Assembly (NCBI RefSeq): GCF_006345805.1
Contig: NC_043011.1
Location: 18,116,464 to 18,180,463, forward strand
Source of the DNA: Octopus sinensis
Taxonomy: Eukaryota
DNA: 64,000 nt
Reading direction: 5' to 3'
The position numbers and the translations under genes were made by a program. The notes under the pieces were generated by a model. That model worked only from the letters and a program-made list of their open reading frames with translations. It ran no database searches and had not been told where the DNA came from. Shown here one piece after another: positions 37,032-48,986 of the stretch. Numbering within the stretch: the stretch's first letter is position 1; each line of letters opens with the position of its first letter.

Positions 37032-37680
37032 TTTATTATTATTATGTATTATTATTATTATTATTATTATTATTAGAGGTACGTCATGAATAATAACCCA
37101 AATAGTATATTAGAAAGCGATACTAAAATTGAAAATCAAGAAACGAAATGTAAATGAGAAGATAAAACGGAGCAAAAATAACAAAAGAAATAACCAGGAA
37201 GGAAAATACGATATAGAAACTAGAATTATAGATAAAAATTATGATTGCGCAATAAATAGATTATGTCCCCTTGACTCTAAATGAAAGACCGAAGAAATAG
37301 TATACAGGTGCAAGGTAACCTCAGAAGATTAGGTATATTATTTTATCACCGCTTGCGAAATATACATGCAAAAAAATGCCAACCATGATAACTCATTTAG
37401 AGACCGCAAAAGGGAAATAGCACTCGTTTAAGTCAACTACATTGATCCTTAAAAGAAAATAAAGAAATATATATAAAATTACCTGGAAAATAATTAGTTG
37501 AGCCAAACCATATAGTTTACCGTATAAAGGTTGCAAATGTTGTATATTGTAGGTGGGGGTAATTTACCAAATACTTACATCGAATTTCAAATTTATTAAG
37601 CATAAAGGTGAAAGCGCCTTACGTTGTGTTCACTACGCTAAACATATGTTTCATAGATATAAACATAATATATAATATTA
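36560..37680 (+). mobile_element. Penelope-like element remnant (linker + Cys motif + GIY-YIG), split by an (AAT)n/(TAT)n tract
   Basis: KHLPKGSKFYKI at ~36597; DCAINRLCPLDSK*KTEEIVYRCKV at ~37240-37320. Confidence 0.6.
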
Positions 37681-38044
37681 AAATTAGAATTGAAATCAAG
37701 TAAACTATAACAAGTCGAGTGACTAGTTAAATTAAACTCCTAAATAAAATAATCTTACTTTAGGGATTACAGAACAATATGGAAATGATATAATCGATAT
37801 CCTTAAATTTAAATAAACTTAATTTAATTATAAAATTAGTAAATAGATGTATAGTTCATTCCTAAAAATATAAACAATAACAAGAGAAGTAGAAGTAGCA
37901 ATACTAGAGACAGGGAGATAATACAGTAAAAAACACACTAAAGGTAACCTGATACTAAGCATTAATACTATAACTCATCATTTAGGGATAATCTGTGCCT
38001 GAGAATACTAAAATTCTTTCGTCAGTTATTCAATTTGTTTTTTA

Positions 38045-38250
38045 ACCAGTAGAGTTGACAAGGTTACGATCTAGGCTATGTTTGGAACAATGGCAATACC
38101 ATGTGTATTTCGGCTGAACTTGTATCTAATTTGAATTCTATATGAACAATGCAGTTGAATCAACTCTGAAGGAGCGGAAACTAACAATAAATGCAGTTTG
38201 CATTAGTTGCTGCTGAAACATGTGTAGGTGCAGAAATGAAAACAAGTACT
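38045..38250 (-). repeat. Unclassified repeat, right member of an inverted pair
   Basis: Reverse complement aligns to 36320-36555. Confidence 0.75.
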
Positions 38251-38385
38251 TAACTGCTGAATAAAGCCGGATATAAATCTTTTTTCTCCTTTATTATAAA
38301 TCCATATACATACATACAAACACATATAAATATATATATATAAATATATATATAAATATAAATATATATATATATTATATATATA

Positions 38386-38599
38386 TATATAATATAATTC
38401 GAGACAAAACCACTATTTTAAAACCAAACAAGGAAAGACTTAATCAAAACATAAAATTTTAATATAAATTAAATAAACCGCCGCTACAAATGATTGTCGG
38501 AGCAGACATGAAACATTTGTAGTGGCAGTTTATTTAATTTATATTAAAATTTTATGTTTGGTTTTAAAATAGTGGTTTTGTCTCGAATTATATTATATA
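38386..38599. repeat. Long palindrome/foldback centred on an HHR-like core
   Basis: Arms ...attcgagacaaaaccactattttaaaaccaaaca / tgtttggttttaaaatagtggttttgtctcgaat; the left arm has a 20-nt insertion. Confidence 0.9.
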
Positions 38600-38672
38600 A
38601 TATTTTACTATAAAATTGGATTTAACCCTAAATCTGATTTTTCCCTGTAATTTTGGATTCATTCCCTAATAT

Positions 38673-38703
<31 letters not shown>

Positions 38704-38712
38704 TTATGTGAA

Positions 38713-39147
38713 ATAGAAAGATGAATAATCTTGTAGCAGATTAATCAAAAGTTTAACCGATACCTTGGTAGCAAAAATCACAGCAGAAGACAGCACGGTT
38801 GGAGGTACAACCGTATGGTGTTGCAACCGTGCGTTGGTGCGGATAATTGAATTTTAATATTACTGGTGAATTGAAGAAATGGAGCTGGACGAAGATTGAA
38901 CAAAAATCGTTTTATTTCATTCTACACGTGTTTCGAAAGGCACAATTTACCAAAATCCGATTGAATAATGAGACCATATTGTGTCTTTCTCATCAGGAAG
39001 AAATAGGAAATCCGTTGGAAAAAACAAAAACAGAACAGAGGCGGAGCAAAACAAATCGAACTAGGCTCCTAAGAGCCCATGGCCAAACTGTTTATCAGTG
39101 TATGTTGAGAACCGGTGGTGGGTGCGTTGAAGATTTTAACGGGTCAG
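38713..39147 (-). mobile_element. ~435-bp hammerhead-bearing repeat (copy 2)
   Basis: Reverse complement of 21300-21733; 3' end lies a few bases from the (TA)n tract ending near 38705. Confidence 0.85.
38914..39004 (-). ncRNA. Type I hammerhead ribozyme (predicted, canonical core)
   Basis: Stem I ATTTCTTC/GAA(T)GAAAT; CTGATGA (38996-38990); stem II GAAAG.CACAAT/ATTGTG.CTTTC; GAAAC-ACGT-GTA. Confidence 0.85.
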
Positions 39148-41249
39148 TCAAGAATATATCCCAGCAACATAGATGAATTTTAAAATATTTCATTATTTGT
39201 TTCGTTACATTAGTATATACATGTGTGTGTGTGAGCGCATCCGTATGCGTGTGTGTGAATGTGCGAGTGTTTGTATATATATGTATATATACATTTTTCT
39301 GCATCTACTTCACTGATTTCACTGATTTCACTCATTACTATTAGAAAAATTGTATGATCACTCTAATTAGTGAAAAAAAAATTCTCACAGGGTGATTTTT
39401 TCAGCAAAACATTTCTGTTTAACAGACTGTAAAACTGATAACAATGAACAATTACTTTTCATGTAAATAGACGTTCAATTTAACTTGCAACACCGGTATT
39501 GGAAGCAAAAACGACCTGTTACTTAATTACAACAAATCTTATTAAATGAAACAATTGAGAAATTCATAATGGATAGTAGCAGGCTTATATAATATCTTAA
39601 GCTTCGATAGGTCCCCTCTGGTTTGTAAGTTTGAAATACTCATTCGCTTATATCTCAGATATTACTGGAATATATCAAGTTGTAGCTGTAGTGTTTCTTA
39701 TACCAAAATCATCTACGACAGATTTGTGTCTATTAAGACATAGTTGTATACATACTTTTATTGTTGTATTTAGGAATGATCATTTTGCCAGTTTAGCCAG
39801 TTAAAACACACGCACTATATATTTGGTGTTACTTTGCTTCAGTGTTATTTATTTTTTTACATTGATCTTAATCTTAATTCGGCCAGAGTTCTTTCGTCAC
39901 ACTCTTGTGACCGCATCAGTGGTCCTTTGCTTTCTTCTTTCTTATTTGTGTGTCTCTCCTTACTAACAGCCAGCCATTTATACATACTTTTCCCTATATG
40001 AGTTCCTGAGTTGAACTTAAAATATTTCCTTGCTGACGTTCATATATCTCCAATGGCAACGGAGAGTATATCATTCATATATAGTGAGAGACGTACATTG
40101 TAGTTACTTTCATTGATGTTCTTTATTTGTTTCGGCGGATTGGAACAGGAACTTTTCACAGCCGTTTTGACGTTAACTGTGACTCGAGCGAGAAAGGTAT
40201 ACTGAGATGAGCTATATGGCTGGAATACCTGAAATAGAATAAACTCAGTCAAAGATACGCGGTGCTTAGATACGTGTGTTAAACATGGTGTCAAATTGTG
40301 CCAGCTAAACGTGATAATTTCTCGTATTTGTTAGTGTATCATTTCGTACTAGAGTATAATGACGTCAGAAGTAAACTTCAGTTTGCGTATCCAATTCTAT
40401 GTGGTGTGTAAACGTATATTTGCACAAAATTATATGAAAAGAATTGGGGAAAATGTTGTGGATAGTAAAATAAAATATATCATTTTGTGTTGCAGATCAG
40501 TAGTGAACGAGAATATTGAAATATTGGAATTGTTAGCTGAGCACGTTCTGCATCTCTTGGTTATGACATAACATTTCTTGGCAAAAAAGACGTTGATCTT
40601 TCATATGTAAATAACAGACGAGAAAGTGAAAACTGAATACCTCTGCAGCCAAGTGTGAGAATTTTAATTTCGAATGGCTGACTTCCAAATAAGATGAAGA
40701 TGCTCTTGTGAGTGCAAAGGATTGTAAGAGGCTACATGAAAACACGCTTACGGAAAAAAATCAGAGAAGTGCACATCTATCTAAGAGCTCGTTGCTAAGC
40801 TCTATATTATCCAGTTTCACTTCTGAAAGTATTTTGTAATTATGTTGATTCTCCAAGCTGATATATGAACTGATCGTGTGCATATGGCTTTGTAGGTTAT
40901 CACTATTTAAGGCGAATCAGGTTCAGATCATGACTTTGGGTCCAAATATCACAAGCTAAAAAGCAACCACAATGAATTGTCTGACGGTTCGTTGCAGCTG
41001 TCGGAAAAAAACATACCTGCAACGATCAAATATTGTCACCATAAGAGATCCTTGTTTGCAATATAAGTACTTGTGTCTGTAAATATACGTACATACCGAT
41101 CAGCATGAACACAAACACACACAAAAACAAACACATGTATGCATGTATTATGCATGTATGTACGTATGTCGGGTCCCTCTTGGGTGCTACTGATAACATG
41201 TAACACGGTACGACTAAGCACTGCGCACATTATACGTAAAAGAATTGGT

Positions 41250-41402
41250 TATATGTGACTTCACTTCCACTCCGTCGTACCTTAGGCAAGTGTCCTACAC
41301 TTTAGCCTCGGGCTGGTCAAAGCTTTGTGAGTGCATTTGTTAGAGGAATAGTACAAGAACCCCGTCGTATTCAAATATGTATTATATACATATGCATACA
41401 TA

Positions 41403-41453
<51 letters not shown>

Positions 41454-41635
41454 TGTTTGTATCTTTATGATAAACGGTACCGTGTGTTTACGTCCTAGAA
41501 ACTTAGCAAGTCGGCGAATGATACAATACTTGGCTTAAAAACAAAAAGTCCTGAAGTCGATTCGTTCAATCTAAACAATGCTAGGCAGTGCTGCAGCATG
41601 GCCGCAGTTAAATGAGTGAAATACGGAGAAGATAA
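41250..41635 (+). mobile_element. Degenerate SINE family A copy with internal (TG)n
   Basis: ccttaggcaagtgtcc..tttgtgagtgcatttg; gcagcatggccgcagttaaatgagtgaaa. Confidence 0.7.
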
Positions 41636-41669
41636 AACAATATTTATGTGTGTGCATGTATGTATGTAT

Positions 41670-41870
41670 GTATACATACATGATAGATCATTAGCCACTG
41701 CACACATTTTTTTCTCTCCTTGTTTTTTCTGTGTCCCTTTCTGTAGTAGAGCGTAAGCTCGAAACGTAAAATGCTTTTTCTATTCCTGAGCGTTATACTA
41801 ATACATCTGTTTGTTTTGTACACCACCTGTCTTCGTCTTTTTTTTTTTTTTTTTTTAGAAAATTCTCCCT
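41670..41870 (+). mobile_element. Short pLTR-like repeat (family D) with decayed minimal HHR
   Basis: TTT-CTGTAGT-A-GAGC-GTAA-GCTC-GAAAC-GTA-AAA at 41738-41771; 3' part repeated at 60585-60660. Confidence 0.65.
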
Positions 41871-43084
41871 ATGTATACACACATACATACACACATGCAG
41901 TGCAACATGAGTGTAGTACAAACAGCATTGAAGATTGAAAGTTCCTGACAACATTAGAAATTATAAAATTCTTCTGTTACCTAGCTTCAAATCTGACATA
42001 GAAAACATAAACCAAAATGTTAAAGAGTATTGATTACGGAATAATGCTACTGTAATAGAAGCTAATACATATTGTATATGGACTAAATGACGTCTGCTAC
42101 AAACGATAAATAAGTGGAAACATTATTACAGACAACGCTGATTTACCGAAGTCTTTTATATGAATTGTTGAAGAAAATGCGACAAAATGTCGGGAGAGAG
42201 GAAGATTAAAAAACTAATATCATAGAAGATACAAATAAAACTTCAATATGAGTAGACCAAAGAGCGACATGAAATAGTTAAAAATGAATAAACTAGACGG
42301 TGTTTTATATAAAGAATTTGCAAGAAAACACTAGTATGTAATATTGTAAAAGGGTTTGATTAATACTTAAAAGAGAGCTATAGGCAAAAAAAAGCAAAAA
42401 ATTCTAGTTGTTCAATTAGGATATTTTATTATATTTTCAGTAGTACGGTAAATATATTTGTAAGGCCAGACAGGAACACAAGCATATAATAACAAGAACA
42501 CTTAAAGTACGCCACAAAAATTGTGACAAAAATGATGGCACATACCACGAAAACAAGAAAATTATTTCAGATAATCTGTTGTAAGACTAGAAATTATCTA
42601 GATCTGAGTGAACGAAACTTAACAAATATAATTATGAAACATGAAATTAAAAAGAAAGAAATCAATGTTTTCTGTTTTGATGGAAGATAACATCAAATAC
42701 GTTTCTCAGGTAGATTATGAGCTCCGAAGAAAAATTATAGATAACAGATATCCCCGAGCAGCGATAAAATCTCTACTAACGTTGGTCCTGCAGAATGCCA
42801 TGGTAACATATAACGCTCTATTTAGTCATTAATTAATTAATCGTCATTAAATATGATCCGCAGATGCCTATTTTCATTTGGTAAGGATTCTGTTGGACAT
42901 TGACGTACTATTGTACAGGTGGGAGAGAAATTTCAACACCACTGGTTTTCAGTGACTATGTCCTTATCTTTGTAGCGAGCAGTTTCGTGTAGCAAGAAGT
43001 TGGCAGTATGTACATGCTACAGACAAAATTCAACGAAGTGATAATGCGTCCTTAGCAGCCTCGTTATCGCCGCAGGAATATTCT

Positions 43085-43285
43085 TGTCTGCTAATGAAAC
43101 GTTTGTTATATGGGTTCCATATTATGGTACAAGGATTACGTCGATTACACCTACCCCAGTGTTCAGTTGGTACTTATTTTCTAGACCCGAAAGGATGAGA
43201 GGCAAGTCGACGACGGAGGAATTTGAACTGTCAGCGTATCTTTCCTTGCATGTTAATGATTCTACAAGCTCACCGTCTTAAGTAA
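43085..43285 (-). mobile_element. SINE family B copy
   Basis: ccccagtgttcagttggtacttatt..cccgaaaggatgagaggcaagtcgac..aatttgaact. Confidence 0.75.
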
Positions 43286-43572
43286 AAGAAATCTTCATCA
43301 GAATAATTAAGCAACAGATCGGTTTTATTATGAAATAGTATAAATATAATTTAACATATCAATGGCAATCCCAAACAACTGTGGAAGCAGAAACAGGTGT
43401 TACATGGGAAGCAGTCGATTTATTTTGAATTAATAAATAATAATTGATGTAAGTCAATTGTTGTTCATCGATTTTCTCCATTCGCTGCCTTCTTTATAAA
43501 TATGTATATGCTCGACTAAATGCGTTGCTCCAGCATGGCTGCAGTCAAATGAGTAAAACAAATAAAACAATT

Positions 43573-43606
<34 letters not shown>

Positions 43607-43619
43607 TAATAACTTAGTA

Positions 43620-44080
43620 ACTAATAAAAAACAACCATTCCATAAATTAAACCAGAACCTTAAGCAGATTAATGCCCATAACAGCCATCCTAGCTCACTC
43701 AAATAAAAAAGATCTAATAGAAAATATAGGTAACAGAATTTCCATTTTATACTCGGATATAGATACTTTCAATGAAAATGATTCTTTACTATAACAGCGC
43801 ATTAAAAGAAGCAGGAAATAATACGAAATTTAAATTCTTTAATAATTACTGGCCGAATAATAATAGTAGTAATCATCCTAACGCTCAAACCAAGTATAGA
43901 AGTAATAACAATGATAATAATAAAAATATAAGGAAATGAAATAAAGATAATTATAATATACGTATGAATAAAAATAATAATAAAAATGATCATAGTAAGG
44001 ATAATACCAAAAATAATTCGAATGGAAATAAGCATAATTATTACATACCCACGAAGAATACATTGACAATGAAAACAAAA

Positions 44081-44121
<41 letters not shown>

Positions 44122-44167
44122 TGATAATAATGATAATAATAATAATGATGATAATAATAATGATGAT

Positions 44168-44235
<68 letters not shown>

Positions 44236-44252
44236 TAATAATAATAATAATG

Positions 44253-44290
<38 letters not shown>

Positions 44291-45010
44291 CATAAGGAAA
44301 TTATATGGAAGCACTCCGTCGGTTACGACGACGAGGGTTCCGGTTGATCCGAATCAACGGAACAGCCTGCTCGTGAAATTAACGTGTAAGTGGCCGAGCA
44401 CTCCACAGACATGTGTACCCTTAACGTAGTTCTCGGGGATATTCAGCGCGTGACACAGAGAGTGACAAGGCCGGCCCTTTGAAATACAGGTACAACAGAA
44501 ACAGGAAGTAAGAGTGAGAGAAAGTTATGCTGAAAGAGTACAGCAGGGATCACCACCATCCCCTGCCGGAGCCTCGTTGAGCTTTAGGTGTTTTCGCTCA
44601 ATAAACACTCACAACGCCCGGTCTGGGAATCGAAACCGCGACCCTATGACCGCGAGTCCGCTTCCCTAACCACTGGGCCATTGCGCCTCTACATGTTTAA
44701 TTATACCTTATGGAACAAATCAAAACTAACTTAATTAAAGAGATTCTGAACATAATAAAAACATCCTTTAAAAGGATTAAAACGTACTCGAAAATATTCT
44801 CAAACAAAGCTATCGAAGTCGGCTATTCTATAACAAGAAATATAAGTAACATATCTTCAATAAACAATGCCAAATTGCATAAATTCTATAATGACAATTT
44901 AACTAATATCTATAATAGCTACGGAAGAAATATAACAAACAAAATGCAATACCGTATTTTAAAGAAAAGCGCATGTAAAGAGAAATACAAATGTAGTTTA
45001 ATAATAATTG
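43620..45010 (+). mobile_element. Penelope-like element remnant (thumb + Asn-rich linker), interrupted by (AAT)n and a SINE
   Basis: NSHPSSLK..NRISIL..DTFN...ALKEAG; KEIIW|FN.PY..NIKTN; KIFSNKAIEVGYSITRNI. Confidence 0.7.
44307..44690 (-). mobile_element. SINE family C copy (tRNA head; 3' tail differs from the 26370 copy)
   Basis: Reverse complement gaggcgcaatggcccagtggttaggg...gaaccctcgtcgtcgtaaccgacggagtgct. Confidence 0.88.
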
Positions 45011-45203
45011 CAACTTAGATAAGGTAACCTCTAATAATAATAAGAAAGAATATATTGAATCCACATTGAACGAAATTAAAAGAAGCATTTTCTGTATATA
45101 TACAGACGCATATGCATGTGAATATGTATATATATATATATAATTATATATAGGTTTGTATGTATATATGTGTATGTATGTGTGTGTATATATACATGTG
45201 AAC

Positions 45204-45511
45204 GCGCGTGGTGTAGTGGTTTGGGCATTCGGTAAGGTTGTGAGTTCAATTCCCCTCGATGCGTTGTGTCTTTGAGCAAGACACTTTATTTCCCATTCCT
45301 CTAGTTCACCCACCTGGTAAAACTGAGTACTGCCTGTATTTCAAAGGGCCACCCTTCTCACTCTCTGTTTTAGGCTGAAACTCCCTGAGAATTACGTTGC
45401 AGGTACACGTATCAGTGGAGCGCTCAACAACTTGCACGTTAATTTAACTAGCAGGCTGCTCTGATGATTGTATCAGCGGGGACCCTCGTCATCGTAATCG
45501 ATAGTGTGCTC
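45204..45511 (+). mobile_element. SINE with CORE-like 5' half and the family C 3' tail
   Basis: gagttcaattcc B box, ttgtgtctttgagcaagacactt, then cctgtatttcaaagggcc...accctcgtc shared with 44307-44690. Confidence 0.75.
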
Positions 45512-45552
45512 ATATGTAAATATATAAACATCTCCCACATATATAAATACCA

Positions 45553-45902
45553 ACTACATGGTTCCGGGTTCAGTCCCACTGCCTAGCACCTTCGGTAAAT
45601 ATCTTCTACTCTGGCCTCGGGCCGACCAAAACCATGTGAGTGGATTTGGTAGACGGAAAATGAAAAGAAGCCGGTTGTATATATGTATGTATATGTATGT
45701 GTGTGTGTGTATGTGTTCGTGTATCTGTGTTTATAGCCCCAACATCACTTGACAACCGATGCTGGTGGTTCGGCAAAAAAGACCGATAGAATAAGTACTA
45801 GGTTTACAAAGTATAAGTCCTGGTGTCGATTTGATTGACTAAAGGCGGTGCTCCAGCATGACCGCAGTCAAATGACTGAAACAAGTAAAAGAGCAAAAGA
45901 AT
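45553..45902 (+). mobile_element. SINE family A copy, 5'-clipped
   Basis: ccacatggttccgggttcagtcccactg-like head remnant; 3' module intact. Confidence 0.85.
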
Positions 45903-45921
45903 ATATACAAATATGTATACA

Positions 45922-45958
<37 letters not shown>

Positions 45959-45963
45959 GTGTG

Positions 45964-46003
<40 letters not shown>

Positions 46004-46865
46004 CGTATATATATATATGTATGTATGTATGTAAATATATATATGTGTGTGTGTGTGTGTAAACAAGAGTAGAATAAAATATTTGATTTATATATATATT
46101 CTATTAACATAATTTACATCATTTTACAGGTATTTGTGTATTTAAATCTCGAATGTCGTGCGTTAATCGTTACGTAGACAATTAAATGATCACAATAAAT
46201 CATTGCCAACGCTGAAGAATATAGATACATATAACCATTCCTTGCCAATTTCTATTGACGACAGTGCTAAGCATTTGAATTATGTATCATTATATGTAGT
46301 AACTCATAACTTGCAACATTTTCACAAGCACATACACACACACATACACACGCAGACATATGTTAAAATATATAAATCAACCTCATATTTTTTCGAAATT
46401 TGTTAATGTTCATAAAACCAGACATGTCTGATCGAATATATAATAATACTATACAAATACTAACATCTGAGTGTTTATTTCAGCTGAAATTTTCTATTAA
46501 TTGGCCTGCAGAACATGTTTATATAATCCTCAACTGAACTTTTACGAGATACTGCTATTCCTATGTAAAACATTGTCTGTGATGTGAGATTAATCAGCTA
46601 TTTCATTTATAATAAAATGGAATTGGTTTGTGATGCGATAGGTTAGATTATTGGTAAGAAATAATGACATTAATTGCTTGCGGTTTGGTAATGGCAAATA
46701 AATAAAGTCGGCGAAATTTGCGTAAAATTGTTTCCGACAACTAATGCAATCGAAGCTTTAATTTAACTAATATATATTGGAATAACATTGTCGCGATTCT
46801 TCTCAATATTATTTGCATAATAACTGCGTTTCATTTAGCTAAGTTAGTATTTAGTTTTCAAAAAT

Positions 46866-46907
<42 letters not shown>

Positions 46908-47171
46908 GTTGCCATTATGCAAAAGTGCCGTAAGTCCAAAATGGTGCTTTTACAGAAAACGAAAAAATATTTTCAATAGCAAAACTGTTGTACTAAACTT
47001 TGACAGCTTTTGATACCTTGGCGTCTGAAGCAGCTGGAGATACGAACGTTTAACCAAAAGAATCGGCTATTACAAACAAAAATCGATATCGTAAAGAAAG
47101 TTCATTTGGCCACATTTGGACATACGACAGTTTAGCATAAAATCAAAGATATACGTATATGTATATGTATA

Positions 47172-47217
<46 letters not shown>

Positions 47218-47505
47218 GCATGTCTATATGTACGTATGTATATATGTGCGATAATATCTGTTTTAATATTTAGTGATAATACTAAGAAATCCACATTAAT
47301 CTGAGGTGTTACTATATACTTTTGTAGAGTTTACTCTTTAACAATATATGTACATACATATTTAGAGAAAGGCAATTATAACGTTTTCATAGCCGGGATC
47401 CGATCCTGTATGTGTTGATTTCCGGTGGACGGCGTGATCTGGATGTAGTAGAAGGCCTTCCATTGCATTCGCCTTATTTCCAGCTGCATTCTAGTTTACC
47501 AGATA

Positions 47506-48797
47506 CGAGGGACGTTCAATAAGTAATGCCTCTGACCCACTTGCTCTAGTTTGATCTCGCTGAGATTTTGCATGTACAATCATTTATATCTCCATAGAGT
47601 AAGTGGCAAATTACAGCTCTGAATTAATTGTGGTTTTTGATTTACAGGTGTTTGAACCGAGTCAAGTGTGAGATGGAGCCTGTTGAGTGTCGAGCAGTGA
47701 TCCGGTTTATATATTTGAAAGGACGCACACCACGGGAGACTTTTGATGAAATGAAAGTAACTTATGGTGATGATGCCCCATCATATGATCTTGTAAAACG
47801 CTGGCATCGTGAATTCAAACATGGTCGGAACTCTGTGGAAACAGCTCCCAGATCTGGTCGCCCACTTCTGCCATTTATGAGGCATCTGTCCGTCAAGTTG
47901 AGGCTGCCATTTTGGAAGACCGACGCATAACTATTCGCCAAATATCCCATGAGGTCACGATTAGTACCGGGTCTGTGGAAACTATCATTCATGACCATTT
48001 GTATATGCAAAAGGCGTCTGCCAGATGGATTCCTAGGTTGCTCACGCCTTTCCAGAAGCAAGAACGCGTCGAGTGCTCGAGGATGAATTTGGAGATGTGC
48101 CAAGAAGATGAGTCAAAATTTTTCAAAAGACTGATTACACAGGATGAAACCTGGGTCCATCGCGATGATCCAGAGACCAAAGCCCAGTCAATGCAGTGGA
48201 AGCACCGTGACTCACCCCCTCCAAAGAAGGCAAGGGTGCAGCCCTCCGCTGACAAGGTCATGCTCAAAGTCTTCTGGGACAAGGACGGAGTAATGATGAC
48301 AGATTTCCTGGCAAAGGGTACCACAATTGCAGGAGCCTATTATGCTTCACTTTTGAGGAAATTAAGAGAAGTTATCAAAATCAAGAGGCGGGGCAAGATC
48401 AGCAAAGACATCCTCCTCCTGCAGGACAACGCTCCGGTCCACAACTCGCTTGTCGCAAGATCAGAAGCACAGGCGTATGGCTATGAACTCCTCCCCCATC
48501 TCCCCTACTTTCCTGACCTTGCACCCTCTAATTTTCACCTCTTCCCAGTCATTAAGTTGTTTTTGAAAGGAAAGCGTTTCCCAGATGATGCAGCTTTGAT
48601 TTCTGAAGTCGCGTTCAGGTTGGGGGATCAAGCTGGGGTCTTCTACAAAAACGGTCTCCAGAGCTGCATCAAACAATGGGAGAAATGCGTAACTCTGGGT
48701 GGTTCCTATGTAGAAAAAGACTAATAACTGTGCCAAGTTTCGTTGCTCTACTGTTATGGGAAGTGGGTCAGGGGCATTACTTATTGAACGCCTCTCG
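47506..48797 (+). mobile_element. Full-length mariner transposon (1292 bp), irritans-like
   Basis: TIRs CGAGGGACGTTCAATAAGTAATGCCTCTGACCCA / revcomp CGAGAGGCGTTCAATAAGTAATGCCCCTGACCCA; TA duplications at 47504-05 and 48798-99. Confidence 0.97.
47673..48724 (+). pseudogene. Mariner transposase with a single frameshift near 47863 and the third catalytic D replaced by N
   Basis: MEPVECRAVIRF..SGRP|TSAIYEASV..WIPRLL..TQDETWV..LQDNAPVH..YFPDLAPSNFHLF. Confidence 0.93.
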
Positions 48798-48986
48798 TAG
48801 ATGCTATAGGAATCTTCTTTGTTCAGTATCCAAGCTCATATCGTTCCATATTTTCGAGATACTAAGCGGCTTTCGTGAACATGTAGAAGCAATGCTTGCC
48901 GGAGAACTGTTTAACAAAACCTTCGCGGTCTTTGAAAATCACTCTACCTTGGGAGTTAGTAAATCATAAATCCGAAATAGAAGCAC

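Noticed and set aside
40040-40745. Candidate small exons with AG/GT boundaries (ORFs 40040-40294 and 40533-40745)
   Set aside because: Translations resemble no family I recognise; splice dinucleotides are expected by chance
41900-42480. Possible GIY-YIG remnant
   Set aside because: AT-rich, with no clearly readable motif
43802-44429. Poly-Ile and poly-Asn ORFs as host genes
   Set aside because: They are an (AAT)n tract inside a PLE remnant
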